Shown: positions 43,919 to 54,984 of the stretch, one piece after another
Position numbering within the stretch: position 1 is the stretch's first letter
How the letters are laid out: every line of letters begins with the position of its first letter
Source: Protaetiibacter sp.
GTDB taxonomy: Bacteria; Actinomycetota; Actinomycetes; Actinomycetales; Microbacteriaceae
Length of the DNA stretch: 64,000 nt
Assembly: GCA_030150265.1 (NCBI GenBank)
Contig: JASLGG010000051.1
Location: 51,798 to 115,797, forward strand
Direction: 5' to 3'
Made by a program: the position numbers and the translations under genes
Notes under the pieces: model-generated
Databases searched by the model: none
The model's input: the letters and a program-made list of their open reading frames with translations, nothing else
What the model was told of the DNA's origin: nothing

Positions 43919-46093
43919 TCAGAGAGGGGTGGGGGCGTCGGCGTCCTCGAAACGGCTGACGGCGAGGCCGTCGCCGCCCGGCTCGAGGTCGACGCGCACG
44001 GTGTCGCCGTCGCGGATGTCGCCCGCGAGCAGGGCGCGCGCGAGCCGGTCGTCGATCTCGTGCTGCATGAGGCGTCGCAGCGGGCGCGCCCCGTAGATCG
44101 GATCGTAGCCGCGCTCCGCGAGCCAGGCCCGCGCATCCGGGGTGACCGCGAGCTGCAGTCGGCGCTCCCCGAGCCGGCGCTCGAGCCGATCGACGTAGAG
44201 CGACACGATCTGGCCGAGATCGGCCTCCGAGAGCGGCGCGAACACGACGATGTCGTCGAGCCGGTTCACGAACTCGGGCTTGAAGGCCTGGCGCACGAGC
44301 TCCTGCACGGCCTCCTGCTTGCGGTCCCAGCTCATGTCGCGATCGACGAGGATCTGGCTGCCGAGGTTGGAGGTGAGGATCAGGATGGTGTTGCGGAAGT
44401 CGACCGTGCGGCCCTGCCCGTCGGTGAGCCGGCCGTCGTCGAGCACCTGGAGCAGCACGTCGAAGACCTCGGGGTGCGCCTTCTCGACCTCGTCGAGGAG
44501 GATCACCGAGTAGGGGCGCCGACGCACGGCCTCCGTCAGCTGGCCGCCCTGCTCGTAGCCGATGTAGCCGGGAGGGGCGCCGACGAGCCGCGACACGGCG
44601 AACTTCTCGCCGTACTCCGACATGTCGATGCGCACGAGCGCCTTCTCGTCGTCGAAGAGGTAGGCGGCGAGCGCCTTCGCGAGCTCGGTCTTGCCGACGC
44701 CGGTCGGCCCGAGGAAGAGGAACGACCCGGTGGGACGGTCGGGGTCGGAGATGCCCGCGCGGGTGCGGCGCACCGCCTCCGAGACCGCGCGCACCGCGTC
44801 GCGCTGCCCGATGAGCCGCTTCCCGAGCTCGGCCTCGAGGCCGAGGAGCTTCTCGGTCTCGCCCTGACGCAGCTTGTCGACCGGGATGCCGGTCCACGCC
44901 GCCACGACGGCCGCGATGTCCTCGTCGGTCACCTGGTCGTTGACCATGCGGGGGCCCTGCTGCTCGATCGCCTCGGCCTGCAGCAACTGCTGCTCGATGG
45001 CCGGGATCGTCTCGTAGTTGAGCTTCGACGCATCCTGGTAGCGCTGCTCGCGCATCGCGCGGTCGAGCTCGATGCGCGCGTCGTTGAGACGCGACTTGAG
45101 GTCGCCGACGCTGTGCAGCGTGCTCTTCTCGGCCTGCCAGCGCGTCTGCAGGGCGTCGAGCTGCTGCTCCTTGCCGGCCATGTCGGCGCGCAGCTTCTCG
45201 AGCCGCTCCTTGGACGCCGGGTCCTTCTCCTTCTTGAGCGCGAGCTCCTCGATGCGCAGCCGGTCGACCGCGCGCTTGAGCTCGTCGATCTCGACGGGGC
45301 TCGAGTCGATCTCCATCTTGAGGCGGGACGCCGCCTCGTCGATGAGGTCGATGGCCTTGTCGGGCAGCTGTCGGGCCGTGATGTAGCGGTTGGAGAGGGA
45401 TGCGGCGGCGACGAGCGCGCTGTCGGCGATCGCGACCTTGTGGTGCGCCTCGTAGCGCTCCTTGAGGCCGCGCAGGATGGCGACGGTGTCCTCGACGGAG
45501 GGCTCGCCCACGTAGACCTGCTGGAAGCGGCGCTCGAGGGCCGCATCCTTCTCGATGTACTCGCGGTACTCGTTGAGGGTCGTGGCGCCGATGAGGCGCA
45601 GCTCGCCGCGCGCGAGCATGGGCTTGAGCATGTTGGCGGCCGCGACGGAACCCTCGCCGCCTCCCGCGCCCATGAGGGTGTGGAGCTCGTCGATGAAGGT
45701 GATGATCTGGCCGTCGGAGTCGTTGATCTCCTTGAGCACGGCCTTGAGCCGCTCCTCGAACTCGCCGCGGTACTTGGCGCCCGCGACGAGGGCGGCGAGG
45801 TCGAGCGAGACGAGCTGCTTGCCCTTGAGGGAGTCGGCCACATCGCCCGCGACGATGCGCTGGGCGAGCCCCTCGACGACGGCGGTCTTGCCGACGCCCG
45901 GCTCGCCGATGAGCACGGGGTTGTTCTTGGTGCGCCGCGTGAGCACCTGGCTGACCCGGCGGATCTCGGCGTCGCGGCCGATCACGGGGTCGAGCTTGCC
46001 GCTCTTGGCGATCTCGGTGAGGTCGATGCCGTACTGCTCGAGGGCGCTCTTCGGCTCCTCCTGGCTGGAGGGGGCGCCCTGCATGTTGGCCAT
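43919..46093 (-). CDS. clpB: ClpB-type AAA+ disaggregase lacking the N-terminal Clp_N domain
   Basis: ATG at 46093 in the frame of track ORF 43919..46723 (724 aa). It begins '[36 protein letters not shown]', directly at the start of NBD1. Walker A 'GEPGVGKTA' and 'GPTGVGKTE', with a long M-domain coiled coil. The upstream in-frame sequence has no Clp_N repeats. Confidence 0.92.
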   Translation of the reverse strand: MANMQGAPSSQEEPKSALEQYGIDLTEIAKSGKLDPVIGRDAEIRRVSQVLTRRTKNNPVLIGEPGVGKTAVVEGLAQRIVAGDVADSLKGKQLVSLDLAALVAGAKYRGEFEERLKAVLKEINDSDGQIITFIDELHTLMGAGGGEGSVAAANMLKPMLARGELRLIGATTLNEYREYIEKDAALERRFQQVYVGEPSVEDTVAILRGLKERYEAHHKVAIADSALVAAASLSNRYITARQLPDKAIDLIDEAASRLKMEIDSSPVEIDELKRAVDRLRIEELALKKEKDPASKERLEKLRADMAGKEQQLDALQTRWQAEKSTLHSVGDLKSRLNDARIELDRAMREQRYQDASKLNYETIPAIEQQLLQAEAIEQQGPRMVNDQVTDEDIAAVVAAWTGIPVDKLRQGETEKLLGLEAELGKRLIGQRDAVRAVSEAVRRTRAGISDPDRPTGSFLFLGPTGVGKTELAKALAAYLFDDEKALVRIDMSEYGEKFAVSRLVGAPPGYIGYEQGGQLTEAVRRRPYSVILLDEVEKAHPEVFDVLLQVLDDGRLTDGQGRTVDFRNTILILTSNLGSQILVDRDMSWDRKQEAVQELVRQAFKPEFVNRLDDIVVFAPLSEADLGQIVSLYVDRLERRLGERRLQLAVTPDARAWLAERGYDPIYGARPLRRLMQHEIDDRLARALLAGDIRDGDTVRVDLEPGGDGLAVSRFEDADAPTPL

Positions 46094-46109
46094 GGTTCTC
46101 CGTCTCAGA

Positions 46110-46130
46110 CTTGAGTTGGGGTGACTCAAG
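46110..46130. promoter_or_regulatory. HspR operator (HAIR), perfect consensus
   Basis: CTTGAGT-TGGGGTG-ACTCAAG, identical to CTTGAGT-N7-ACTCAAG, 17 nt upstream of the clpB ATG. Confidence 0.85.
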
Positions 46131-46264
46131 TTTAGCGCGACTCGCTCGCGAATGCACGAGCGATAAGGCGAGATCGGCTCGCACCCCGTGACCAGACGGA
46201 CAGGGCGGTGTAGAAAGAGGCGAGGGCGCCTCGCGGGGAGCGCGCCACCATCGAAAGGACCGCC

Positions 46265-46654
46265 ATGACCTACCTCAGCACCTTCTGGGACTTCCTCTGG
46301 TCCCTCTTCTGGCTGTTCGCGTTCATCGCCTACCTCTTCGCCATCTTCGCGATCATCGGCGACCTCTTCCGTGACCACAGGCTGAACGGATGGTGGAAGG
46401 CGGTGTGGATCGTCTTCCTGATCTTCCTGCCGTTCCTCACCGCCCTCGTCTACCTCATCGCCCGCGGAGGCGGCATGGCGGAGCGCAGCCAGAAGGCGGC
46501 CGCCGCGCAGCAGCGCGCCGCCGAGGGCTACATCCGCGAGGTCGCGGGGACCGCGACGCCGAGCGACGAGATCGCCAAGGCGAAGGCTCTCCTCGACTCC
46601 GGAGTGATCACGCAGGAGGAGTTCGCCGCGCTGAAGGCCAAGGCCCTCAGCTGA
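46265..46654 (+). CDS. PLDc_N-type membrane domain plus SHOCT domain protein
   Basis: Track ORF of 129 aa. Two TM helices with '[24 protein letters not shown]' and a C-terminal SHOCT '[20 protein letters not shown]'. Confidence 0.8.
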   Translation: MTYLSTFWDFLWSLFWLFAFIAYLFAIFAIIGDLFRDHRLNGWWKAVWIVFLIFLPFLTALVYLIARGGGMAERSQKAAAAQQRAAEGYIREVAGTATPSDEIAKAKALLDSGVITQEEFAALKAKALS

Positions 46655-47060
46655 GCGGGCGCCAGACGACCACCTGATTCTGCTTGCGCATCCGGGTCCC
46701 GGTGCGCAGCGAGACGACCTCACCCTCCGAGCCGGCGGCGAAGACCCGCCGGCCCGGACGGGTGAGCAGCTCGTCGGCGAGCGCGGTCTCGAGCTCGCGC
46801 ACCCGCGCGCTGAGCGCGCTCACCTGGTTCTCGAGCTCCAGGATGCGGCGGATGCCCTCGAGGTTGAGCCCCTCGGCGGACAGCCGCGCGATCTCCTGCA
46901 GCTGCACGACATCCCGCATCGAGTAGCGCCGCGACTGCCCGGAGGTGCGCTGCGGGCTCACGAGCCCCAGCCGGTCGTACTGCCGCAGGGTCTGCGGATG
47001 CATCCCCGCGAGCTCGGCGGCGACCGCGATCGCGAACAGCGGGGTCGTCTCGTCCATCAT
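46647..47060 (-). CDS. hspR: Heat-shock repressor HspR (MerR family)
   Basis: Track ORF of 137 aa. HTH '[30 protein letters not shown]'. Last gene of the dnaK-grpE-dnaJ-hspR operon (4-nt overlap with dnaJ). Confidence 0.92.
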   Translation of the reverse strand: MMDETTPLFAIAVAAELAGMHPQTLRQYDRLGLVSPQRTSGQSRRYSMRDVVQLQEIARLSAEGLNLEGIRRILELENQVSALSARVRELETALADELLTRPGRRVFAAGSEGEVVSLRTGTRMRKQNQVVVWRPLS

Positions 47061-48028
47061 CCGCGGGCCTTCTCGAGCAGCTCGTCACGCGGGTTCTCGG
47101 CGGGCAGCTCGGCCGCGAACTCCTCGAGCTTGCGCTTGGCGTCGCCCGAGAGGTGGCTCGGCACGACCACCTGCACGGTCGCGAGCAGGTCGCCCGTGGC
47201 CTTCGCCGTGGCGACGCCCCTGCCCTTCACGCGCAGCACACGCCCGCTCGGGGTGCCCGGGGCGATGCGCAGCCGCACCGGATCGCCGTCGAGCGTCGGC
47301 ACCTGGATCGTCGCGCCGAGCGCCGCCTCCGCGAAGGTGACCGGAACGTCGATCCGCAGGTTCGCCCCGTCGCGCGCGAAAACCGGATGCGGACGCACCG
47401 CCACCGTCAGCACGAGGTCGCCGGGGTCGCCGCCATCCGGACTCTGCTGGCCCTTGCCGCGCACCTTGATCCTCTGGCCGTCCTTGACGCCGGCGGGGAT
47501 CTTGACCTTGGCGGTCCTGCCGCCCGGCAGCTGCAGGGTGACGGTGTCGCCGTGGATGGCGGTGAGGAAGTCGAGCGTCGTGGAGGCGGTGATGTCGGCA
47601 CCCGGGGTGGGACCGCCGTAGCCGCGGTAGCCGCCCGAGACGTTGCCGAAGCGGCCGGAGCCGAACATCCCGCCGAGCAGGTCCTCGAAGCCGCCCGCGC
47701 TGTAGGAGGCGCGGGACCCCGCGCCTCCGCCGAACATCCCGCCGAAGACGTCGTCGAAGCCGCCCGCGCCGCCCGGCGTGAAGCGGACTCCCGAGCCCAT
47801 CGCGCGCAGCTGGTCGTACTCGGCCCGCTCCTGCGGATCGGAGAGCACCGCGTACGCCTCGCTGATCTCCTTGAACCGCGCCTCGGCGGCAGTATCGCCC
47901 GGATTGGAGTCCGGGTGATACTGCCGCGCGAGCTTGCGGTAGACCTTCTTGAGCTCGGCGTCGGAGACGTCCTTCGCGACGCCGAGCACGGCGTAGAAGT
48001 CCTTGTCGAACCAGTCCTGGCTGGCCAT
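47057..48028 (-). CDS. dnaJ: DnaJ-family co-chaperone without the zinc-finger domain (class II / CbpA-like)
   Basis: ATG at 48028 in the frame of track ORF 47057..48106 (323 aa). J-domain 'DFYAVLGV...[11 protein letters not shown]', a G/F-rich linker and C-terminal substrate-binding domains. The whole protein contains no cysteine. Confidence 0.9.
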   Translation of the reverse strand: MASQDWFDKDFYAVLGVAKDVSDAELKKVYRKLARQYHPDSNPGDTAAEARFKEISEAYAVLSDPQERAEYDQLRAMGSGVRFTPGGAGGFDDVFGGMFGGGAGSRASYSAGGFEDLLGGMFGSGRFGNVSGGYRGYGGPTPGADITASTTLDFLTAIHGDTVTLQLPGGRTAKVKIPAGVKDGQRIKVRGKGQQSPDGGDPGDLVLTVAVRPHPVFARDGANLRIDVPVTFAEAALGATIQVPTLDGDPVRLRIAPGTPSGRVLRVKGRGVATAKATGDLLATVQVVVPSHLSGDAKRKLEEFAAELPAENPRDELLEKARG

Positions 48029-48050
48029 CGGACTCCTCTCGGGTGGGGTT

Positions 48051-48656
48051 CTAGCTGGCGGGGGGCGCGACCACGGCGACGCGCGCGGCGCGCAGCAGGC
48101 GGTCACCGAGCGCGTAGCCGATCTGGATGACCTCCTTCACGGTCTCGCCCTCGGCATCCGGATCGGGCAGGTGCACGACCGCCTCGTGGATGTTGGGGTC
48201 GAAGGCCTCGCCGACCTCGCCCACGGGGCGCAGCCCGTAGCGCTCGAACCCGGCGCGCAGCTTCTGCGAGACGAGCGTGAGCGGGGCGCCCTCGACGAGA
48301 TCGCCGTGCGCGTCGGCGCGGTCGAGGTCGTCGATCACGGGGAGCAGCGAGCGGATCACCTCGGCGACGACGGCCTCGCGGTTCGCCGCGCGGTCGCGCT
48401 CGACGCGGGTGCGGAAGTTCTTGAGGTCGGCCTGCGCGCGGGCGGCGATCTCGCGGTACTCCGCCACGAGATCCCGCTCGGCGCCCGCGAGCAGCGCGAG
48501 GTCCTCCTCGCTCAGCCCGTCGTCGCCCTCGGCCGGGCGGTCGGCCGCGGGCGTCTCCGCCCGCGGCTCTCCGGTCTCCGGATCGATCTTCCGCCTGTCG
48601 TGGATCGCGGGCTCCTCGTGCTCGCGGTCCTTGTCGTCGCGGTTCTCGTCAGCCAT
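48051..48656 (-). CDS. grpE: Nucleotide exchange factor GrpE
   Basis: Track ORF of 201 aa. '[16 protein letters not shown]' and 'FDPNIHEAV'. Confidence 0.92.
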   Translation of the reverse strand: MADENRDDKDREHEEPAIHDRRKIDPETGEPRAETPAADRPAEGDDGLSEEDLALLAGAERDLVAEYREIAARAQADLKNFRTRVERDRAANREAVVAEVIRSLLPVIDDLDRADAHGDLVEGAPLTLVSQKLRAGFERYGLRPVGEVGEAFDPNIHEAVVHLPDPDAEGETVKEVIQIGYALGDRLLRAARVAVVAPPAS

Positions 48657-48664
48657 GCCTACTA

Positions 48665-50602
<1,938 letters not shown>

Positions 50603-50610
50603 TCAAGAAG

Positions 50611-50631
50611 GTTGAGCCGAATGCGCTCAAG
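50611..50631. promoter_or_regulatory. HAIR-like HspR site 2 upstream of dnaK
   Basis: GTTGAGC-CGAATGC-GCTCAAG: perfect 6-bp arms TTGAGC/GCTCAA with the N7 spacing. Confidence 0.55.
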
Positions 50632-50648
50632 TTTTCGCGGGTGCCCGC

Positions 50649-52097
50649 TCAGGGCGCGACGCCCGGTCGGGAGAGCCCCAGCCGAGGGTAGAGCGCGGCG
50701 AACCCCGCGGCCAGCCCACCGCGGAGGGCGGCCGCCACGTGACCTCCGTTCGGGATCTCGACGTAGTCGGTCTGCCATCCGGCCGCCTTCGCCGCGGCCG
50801 TCATCTGCTGCGCCTGCGTCCGATACGAGGCGTCGTCCGAGCCGACGGTGAAGACGCCGAAGCTGTCGGGATAGCTGCCCGCCGCGAGGATCGTGGCGGG
50901 CCATGTCGCCTGGTACGCCGCCTTGTCGCCCGCGAAGTCGTCGGCGAGGGTGCGCGCCGCATGATCCGATCCGGGATAGGCCTCCCCCGAGATGTCGAGC
51001 ACGTTCGCCCACAGCTCGGGGAACTTCGCGCCGAACGAGAGAGCGCACTCGCCGCCGTTGGAGTACCCCGCGATGAGGGTGTGCGCGCGATCCTGCGCCA
51101 CGTTGAGGTGCGCACGCGCCCAGGGCAGCACATCCCGCGTGATGTAGGTCTCGACCTTGCCGTAGCGCGCGGTGTCGAGGCAGAGCGGATCCTGGGTGGG
51201 GTCGCCGAGCTGGTCGGCGACCACCACGATGGGCGCGAGGCCATCGTGGCGTGCCGCGAAGGCGTCGAGGGCGGCGGCGATGAAGCTCGGGTCGGGCGAA
51301 CCCGGCTGGCCCATGAGCATCACGACGAGCGGCAGGGCGGGCGGATGCGGCACGCGCGCCGCGGGGGGCAGGTAGACGCCCGCCGGCCGCGCGCGGAAGC
51401 CGGAGACGGTCGCCGGGATGTCGACCGTGCCCGTCGTGCCGGCCGCGGGCATCCCGGCGGGCGGCGTCCAGTTCTGCCAGAGCTCTCCCGGCGGGTCGCC
51501 CGCGGCCGGGGAGGTGTGCGGGAGGGCGATCGGGCGCACGACGGTGATCCCGGTGAGCTCGGCCAGCGTGTGCTCGATGCCGAAGTGCGCGTTGATGCCC
51601 ACGGTGCCCGCGGCGGCCAGCACGACGACCGCGCTGACGGCGACGAGCCGGCGCCACGCGGATGCGCTCACGAGGGTGCCGAGCGCGAGCCCGACCGCCG
51701 CGAAGGTCGCGATCGCCCAGACCCAGGTGACCGCGTCGAGCGCGACCCCGAACCAGTTCTGCGCGTCGGCGAGCACGAGCAGCACCGCGGCCACGCCGGC
51801 CAGCGAGAGGGCGCCGACGAGCGCCGGCACGAACGATCCCCTCCGCCAGCGCCGCACCAGCAGCACACCGAGCACGCCGGCCGCGAGAACGTAGACCGCC
51901 ACGGGCACGATCCCGTCGGCGATCGGCGCGTTCAGCACGGCACCCCGGAGGCCTCCGAACCGCCTCCCGGAGGCGAGCACGACCGTCGCGATGCCGAGGG
52001 CGGCGAGGAGCACGAACGCGAGCAGGCACCATGCGGCGGCGAGCGCGGCCCGGTTCGCACGGACGGATCGTGGCGGGCGCTTCTCCGAGGCGATCAT
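50649..52097 (-). CDS. Membrane-anchored esterase-family alpha/beta hydrolase (PF00756-like)
   Basis: ATG at 52097, placed by counting 482 aa back from the stop in track ORF 50649..53858. About 6 N-terminal TM helices, then 'LPLVVMLMGQPG' and nucleophile elbow 'GYSNGG'. Confidence 0.8.
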   Translation of the reverse strand: MIASEKRPPRSVRANRAALAAAWCLLAFVLLAALGIATVVLASGRRFGGLRGAVLNAPIADGIVPVAVYVLAAGVLGVLLVRRWRRGSFVPALVGALSLAGVAAVLLVLADAQNWFGVALDAVTWVWAIATFAAVGLALGTLVSASAWRRLVAVSAVVVLAAAGTVGINAHFGIEHTLAELTGITVVRPIALPHTSPAAGDPPGELWQNWTPPAGMPAAGTTGTVDIPATVSGFRARPAGVYLPPAARVPHPPALPLVVMLMGQPGSPDPSFIAAALDAFAARHDGLAPIVVVADQLGDPTQDPLCLDTARYGKVETYITRDVLPWARAHLNVAQDRAHTLIAGYSNGGECALSFGAKFPELWANVLDISGEAYPGSDHAARTLADDFAGDKAAYQATWPATILAAGSYPDSFGVFTVGSDDASYRTQAQQMTAAAKAAGWQTDYVEIPNGGHVAAALRGGLAAGFAALYPRLGLSRPGVAP

Positions 52098-52273
52098 GAC
52101 CGTGCCGTTCTCGCGTGTGGTGTCGAGCGGGGTCCGCCCGGAACGGATCCTCCTCGGCGTTGCTGAGCGGCGGATGCGGAACGCCTGATCCCCGGATGAG
52201 GAAATCCTCAGGTGCCGCCGAGAGCGGGCGGAGGCGCGCGGTGGTCGCCTCCGCCCGCGGGCACAGGCCGACT

Positions 52274-53659
52274 TCAGTCGCGTCCGGGCTCGTGGTTGCC
52301 CCGGATGCGGCCCTCCGGGTCGACGGTCTGCTTGACACGCCGCAGCCGCTCCGTCTCGGCGCCGAAGATCGCCTCGGCCGCGACGGGACGCTCGGCGAAG
52401 TTGAGGTAGCGCCGCGTGCCGCTCCCGAAGAGCCCCCGGAGGCCGTCGATCGCGGCGTTCACCTGTACCACGGCCTCCGGGAACGGCGCGACCCCGACCG
52501 CGAACACGGCGTAGCCGCCGTCGAGATCGGCCACGACACCGCCCTCGCCGCGACCCGGGGCGAGCTCGCCGCCCAGCAGGCGGAACTCGACGCTCATGAG
52601 CGGTGCGGACGCAGGCGCGGTCGCGAACGCGGCGAAGTCGGCGATCTCGCGGTCGCTCAGCCCGTCGAGCAGGAAGCCGTCGCCGACGCCGGGCACGGGC
52701 TCCGGCGGGTCCATGTGCAGCCGCGCGAGCTCGGCGACCGGCGTCGTGGCGACGGTGTCGATGCGCGGGTGCAGCGCCCGCATCGGCGCGAGCAGCCGCT
52801 CCGCCTCGGCGGGGTCCTCCTGCACGACGGCCTCGACCACCACGAAGTCGTGGCCGGCGAGCGAGGCGGGCACGCCCGGCGCATCCGGCATCCGCAGCAC
52901 GCGCACGAGCGTCGTGACGCTCGTCGGAAGCGACGCCGACCAGTCGCGCCAGGCGCCGACCACCTCGGCGGTCGAGGAGACCGGCCAGAACATGGCGCCC
53001 GCCTCGGCCTGGTGGATCGGGTAGAGCCGGAACTCGAGGGCTGTCACGATCGCGAACGACCCGCCGCCGCCCCGGAGCGCCCAGAACAGCTCGGGCTCCG
53101 ACCGCTCGTCGACCCTGCGCCGCGCGCCGTCGGCCGTCACCACCTCGATCGCCGTCACGCTGTTCGCGGCGAGGCCGTGCGAACGCGCGAACCAGCTGAG
53201 GCCGCCGCCGAGCGTGTAGCCGACGATGCCGACGTCGGATGCCGTCCCCGCCAGTCCCGCGAGGCCGTGCTGCGCCGCGAGCGGGGTCAGGTCGGCCCAC
53301 AGGGCGCCGGCCTCGACCCGCGCGATCTTGGTGCGCGCGTCGATCTCGACTCCCCGCATCCGGTCGGTGCGGATGAGCACGGTGTCGTCGAGCGGACCGA
53401 GGGGCGCGGCGTTGTGCCCGGTCGCCTGCGCCGTCACGCGCAGGCCGAGCGACGCCGCGGCGATCACGATGCGCGAGACGTCGTGGGCGTCCGCCGGGCG
53501 AGCGACCGCGGCGGGGCGCTGGTCGACGGTGAGCGCCCAGGCCCGGCGGGCGTCGTCCCAGCCCACGTCGCCGGGGAGCACGAGGTCCCCGCGGAGCTGC
53601 TCGGCGAGCGCCTCCAGCTCGAGCGAGCGGATGGCGTTCATGGTGGCATCGATCGTCAT
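52274..53659 (-). CDS. FAD-binding (FAD_binding_4 / BBE-like) oxidoreductase
   Basis: ATG at 53659 behind AGGAGG, in the frame of track ORF 52274..53713 (461 aa). 'TGHNAA', 'VGYTLGGGLS', 'LFWALRGGGGSFAIVT' and a BBE-like C-terminus. Confidence 0.88.
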   Translation of the reverse strand: MTIDATMNAIRSLELEALAEQLRGDLVLPGDVGWDDARRAWALTVDQRPAAVARPADAHDVSRIVIAAASLGLRVTAQATGHNAAPLGPLDDTVLIRTDRMRGVEIDARTKIARVEAGALWADLTPLAAQHGLAGLAGTASDVGIVGYTLGGGLSWFARSHGLAANSVTAIEVVTADGARRRVDERSEPELFWALRGGGGSFAIVTALEFRLYPIHQAEAGAMFWPVSSTAEVVGAWRDWSASLPTSVTTLVRVLRMPDAPGVPASLAGHDFVVVEAVVQEDPAEAERLLAPMRALHPRIDTVATTPVAELARLHMDPPEPVPGVGDGFLLDGLSDREIADFAAFATAPASAPLMSVEFRLLGGELAPGRGEGGVVADLDGGYAVFAVGVAPFPEAVVQVNAAIDGLRGLFGSGTRRYLNFAERPVAAEAIFGAETERLRRVKQTVDPEGRIRGNHEPGRD

Positions 53660-53820
53660 GGTTCCTCCTGGTGTCGTGATCGAACCCGGCGAGCCTCCCG
53701 GTCGCGGCGGCACGGCACCATCCCCGCGGCGGGGTGGATCGCCGACCCCGCGCCGGGGGTGCGCATCGCACCAGGAATCTGGGGGTGCGTGCGGCCGTCC
53801 CGGGCGAGCACAATGGCGGG

Positions 53821-54933
53821 GTGATCGGATACCGCGCGGAGAGCAGCCGTCGAGCCATCGACGCGCTCGGGCGCGCCGGGCTGCGGCACGACGAGTTCCT
53901 GCTCGAGACGATCGAACTCGTGGGGCGCGCCGTGCCCTACGACGCCATGTGCATCGGCACCACCGACCCGTCGACCAGCATGCTCACCGACTCGCGCAAG
54001 GTCGGCCTCCACGACGACGGGGGCGCGCTCTTCATGTACCACGAGTACGCGGTGCGCAACGTCATGCAGTTCAGCGAGCTCGCCCGGCGGCCGTACGGCG
54101 TCGGCATCCTGCGCGAGGAGACCCACGGCGATCCCATGAGCAGCCTGCGCTTCAGCGAGCTCGTGCGCCCGGTGCTCGGGGCCGAGCACGAGCTGCGCGG
54201 CGTCGCCCGCAGCGGGGGCCTCATGTGGGGCGCCTTCGCCCTGTACCGCGGCCCCGGTGCCCCCGCCTTCAACGACGCCGAGGCCGACTACCTGGCGCAG
54301 CTCGAGCGCACGATCGCCGACGGCATCCGCGCCTCGACCCTCGCCTCCGCGATCGACGCGGGGCTGCGCAACGGCGGCCCGGCCGTGTTCGTGTTCGACG
54401 CGGCGGGGCGTCTGCAGAGCGCCACCCCCTCGGCCGAGGAGCTCACCGCCGACCTCGGCGGCGAGGTGTGGGGCGGCCTCCCGGATGCCGTGGAGTCGCT
54501 CGTGCAGAGCCTGCGCGCGGAGGGCGCGGCGAGCCCCCGACTGCGAGCTCGCGGGTACAGCGGCCGCTGGTACAGCCTGCACGGTGCCCCGTTCCGGGGC
54601 CCGGACGGCGTGGTCGGCCAGTTCGCGGTGACCGTCGAGGAGGCCCGGCCCCCCGAGATCCTGCCGCTCATCATGGCGGCGTACGGGCTCACCGACCGCG
54701 AGGCGACCGTCGTGCAGGCGCTGCTCCGCGGCGAGTCGACGCACGCGATCGCCCAGTCGCTGCACCTGTCGCCGTACACGGTGCAGGACCACTTCAAGGC
54801 GATCTTCGAGAAGATCGGCGTCTCGAGCCGTCGCGAGGTCGCGAGCCGGGTGTTCTACGGGCACTACTTCGACGAGTACCGCGGCGGTGAGTACGCCCCG
54901 CCGCGCGAACCCCGCGACACCCCGGCCGTCTAG
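53821..54933 (+). CDS. LuxR-family regulator with an N-terminal sensory (GAF/PAS-like) region
   Basis: GTG at 53821 in the frame of track ORF 53734..54933; the start is uncertain. C-terminal HTH 'LTDREATVVQALLRGESTHAIAQSLHLSPYTVQDHFKAIFEKIGV'. Confidence 0.8.
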   Translation: MIGYRAESSRRAIDALGRAGLRHDEFLLETIELVGRAVPYDAMCIGTTDPSTSMLTDSRKVGLHDDGGALFMYHEYAVRNVMQFSELARRPYGVGILREETHGDPMSSLRFSELVRPVLGAEHELRGVARSGGLMWGAFALYRGPGAPAFNDAEADYLAQLERTIADGIRASTLASAIDAGLRNGGPAVFVFDAAGRLQSATPSAEELTADLGGEVWGGLPDAVESLVQSLRAEGAASPRLRARGYSGRWYSLHGAPFRGPDGVVGQFAVTVEEARPPEILPLIMAAYGLTDREATVVQALLRGESTHAIAQSLHLSPYTVQDHFKAIFEKIGVSSRREVASRVFYGHYFDEYRGGEYAPPREPRDTPAV

Positions 54934-54950
54934 ATCGCGCGCCGCGTCTC

Positions 54951-54971
54951 CTGCCGTTCACCCGACGGCAG
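54951..54971 (+). terminator. Short hairpin after the LuxR-family gene
   Basis: CTGCCGT-TCACCCG-ACGGCAG: a 7-bp perfect stem with no U-tract. Confidence 0.25.
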
Positions 54972-54984
54972 TAGCGTTGCGGGC

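Noticed and set aside
40809-46184. Long ORFs 40809..42767 (minus), 43869..46184 (minus, alternative frame) and 44060..46114 (plus) over fadD and clpB
   Set aside because: They lie antisense or out of frame relative to genes with AMP-binding and double Walker-A AAA+ signatures. None has a domain signature of its own.
52098-53858. N-terminal extensions of track ORFs. This entry spans 52098-53858 of ORF 50649..53858. The same issue applies to 68-571, 682-1488, 6975-7859, 8024-9100, 11652-13121, 34661-35353, 46094-46723 and 50522-50593
   Set aside because: The extensions run through neighbouring genes or intergenic DNA in a wrong frame (Arg/Pro-rich). The real proteins begin at internal ATG or GTG codons that coincide with family N-termini, Shine-Dalgarno-like sequences or 4-nt overlaps with the preceding stop.
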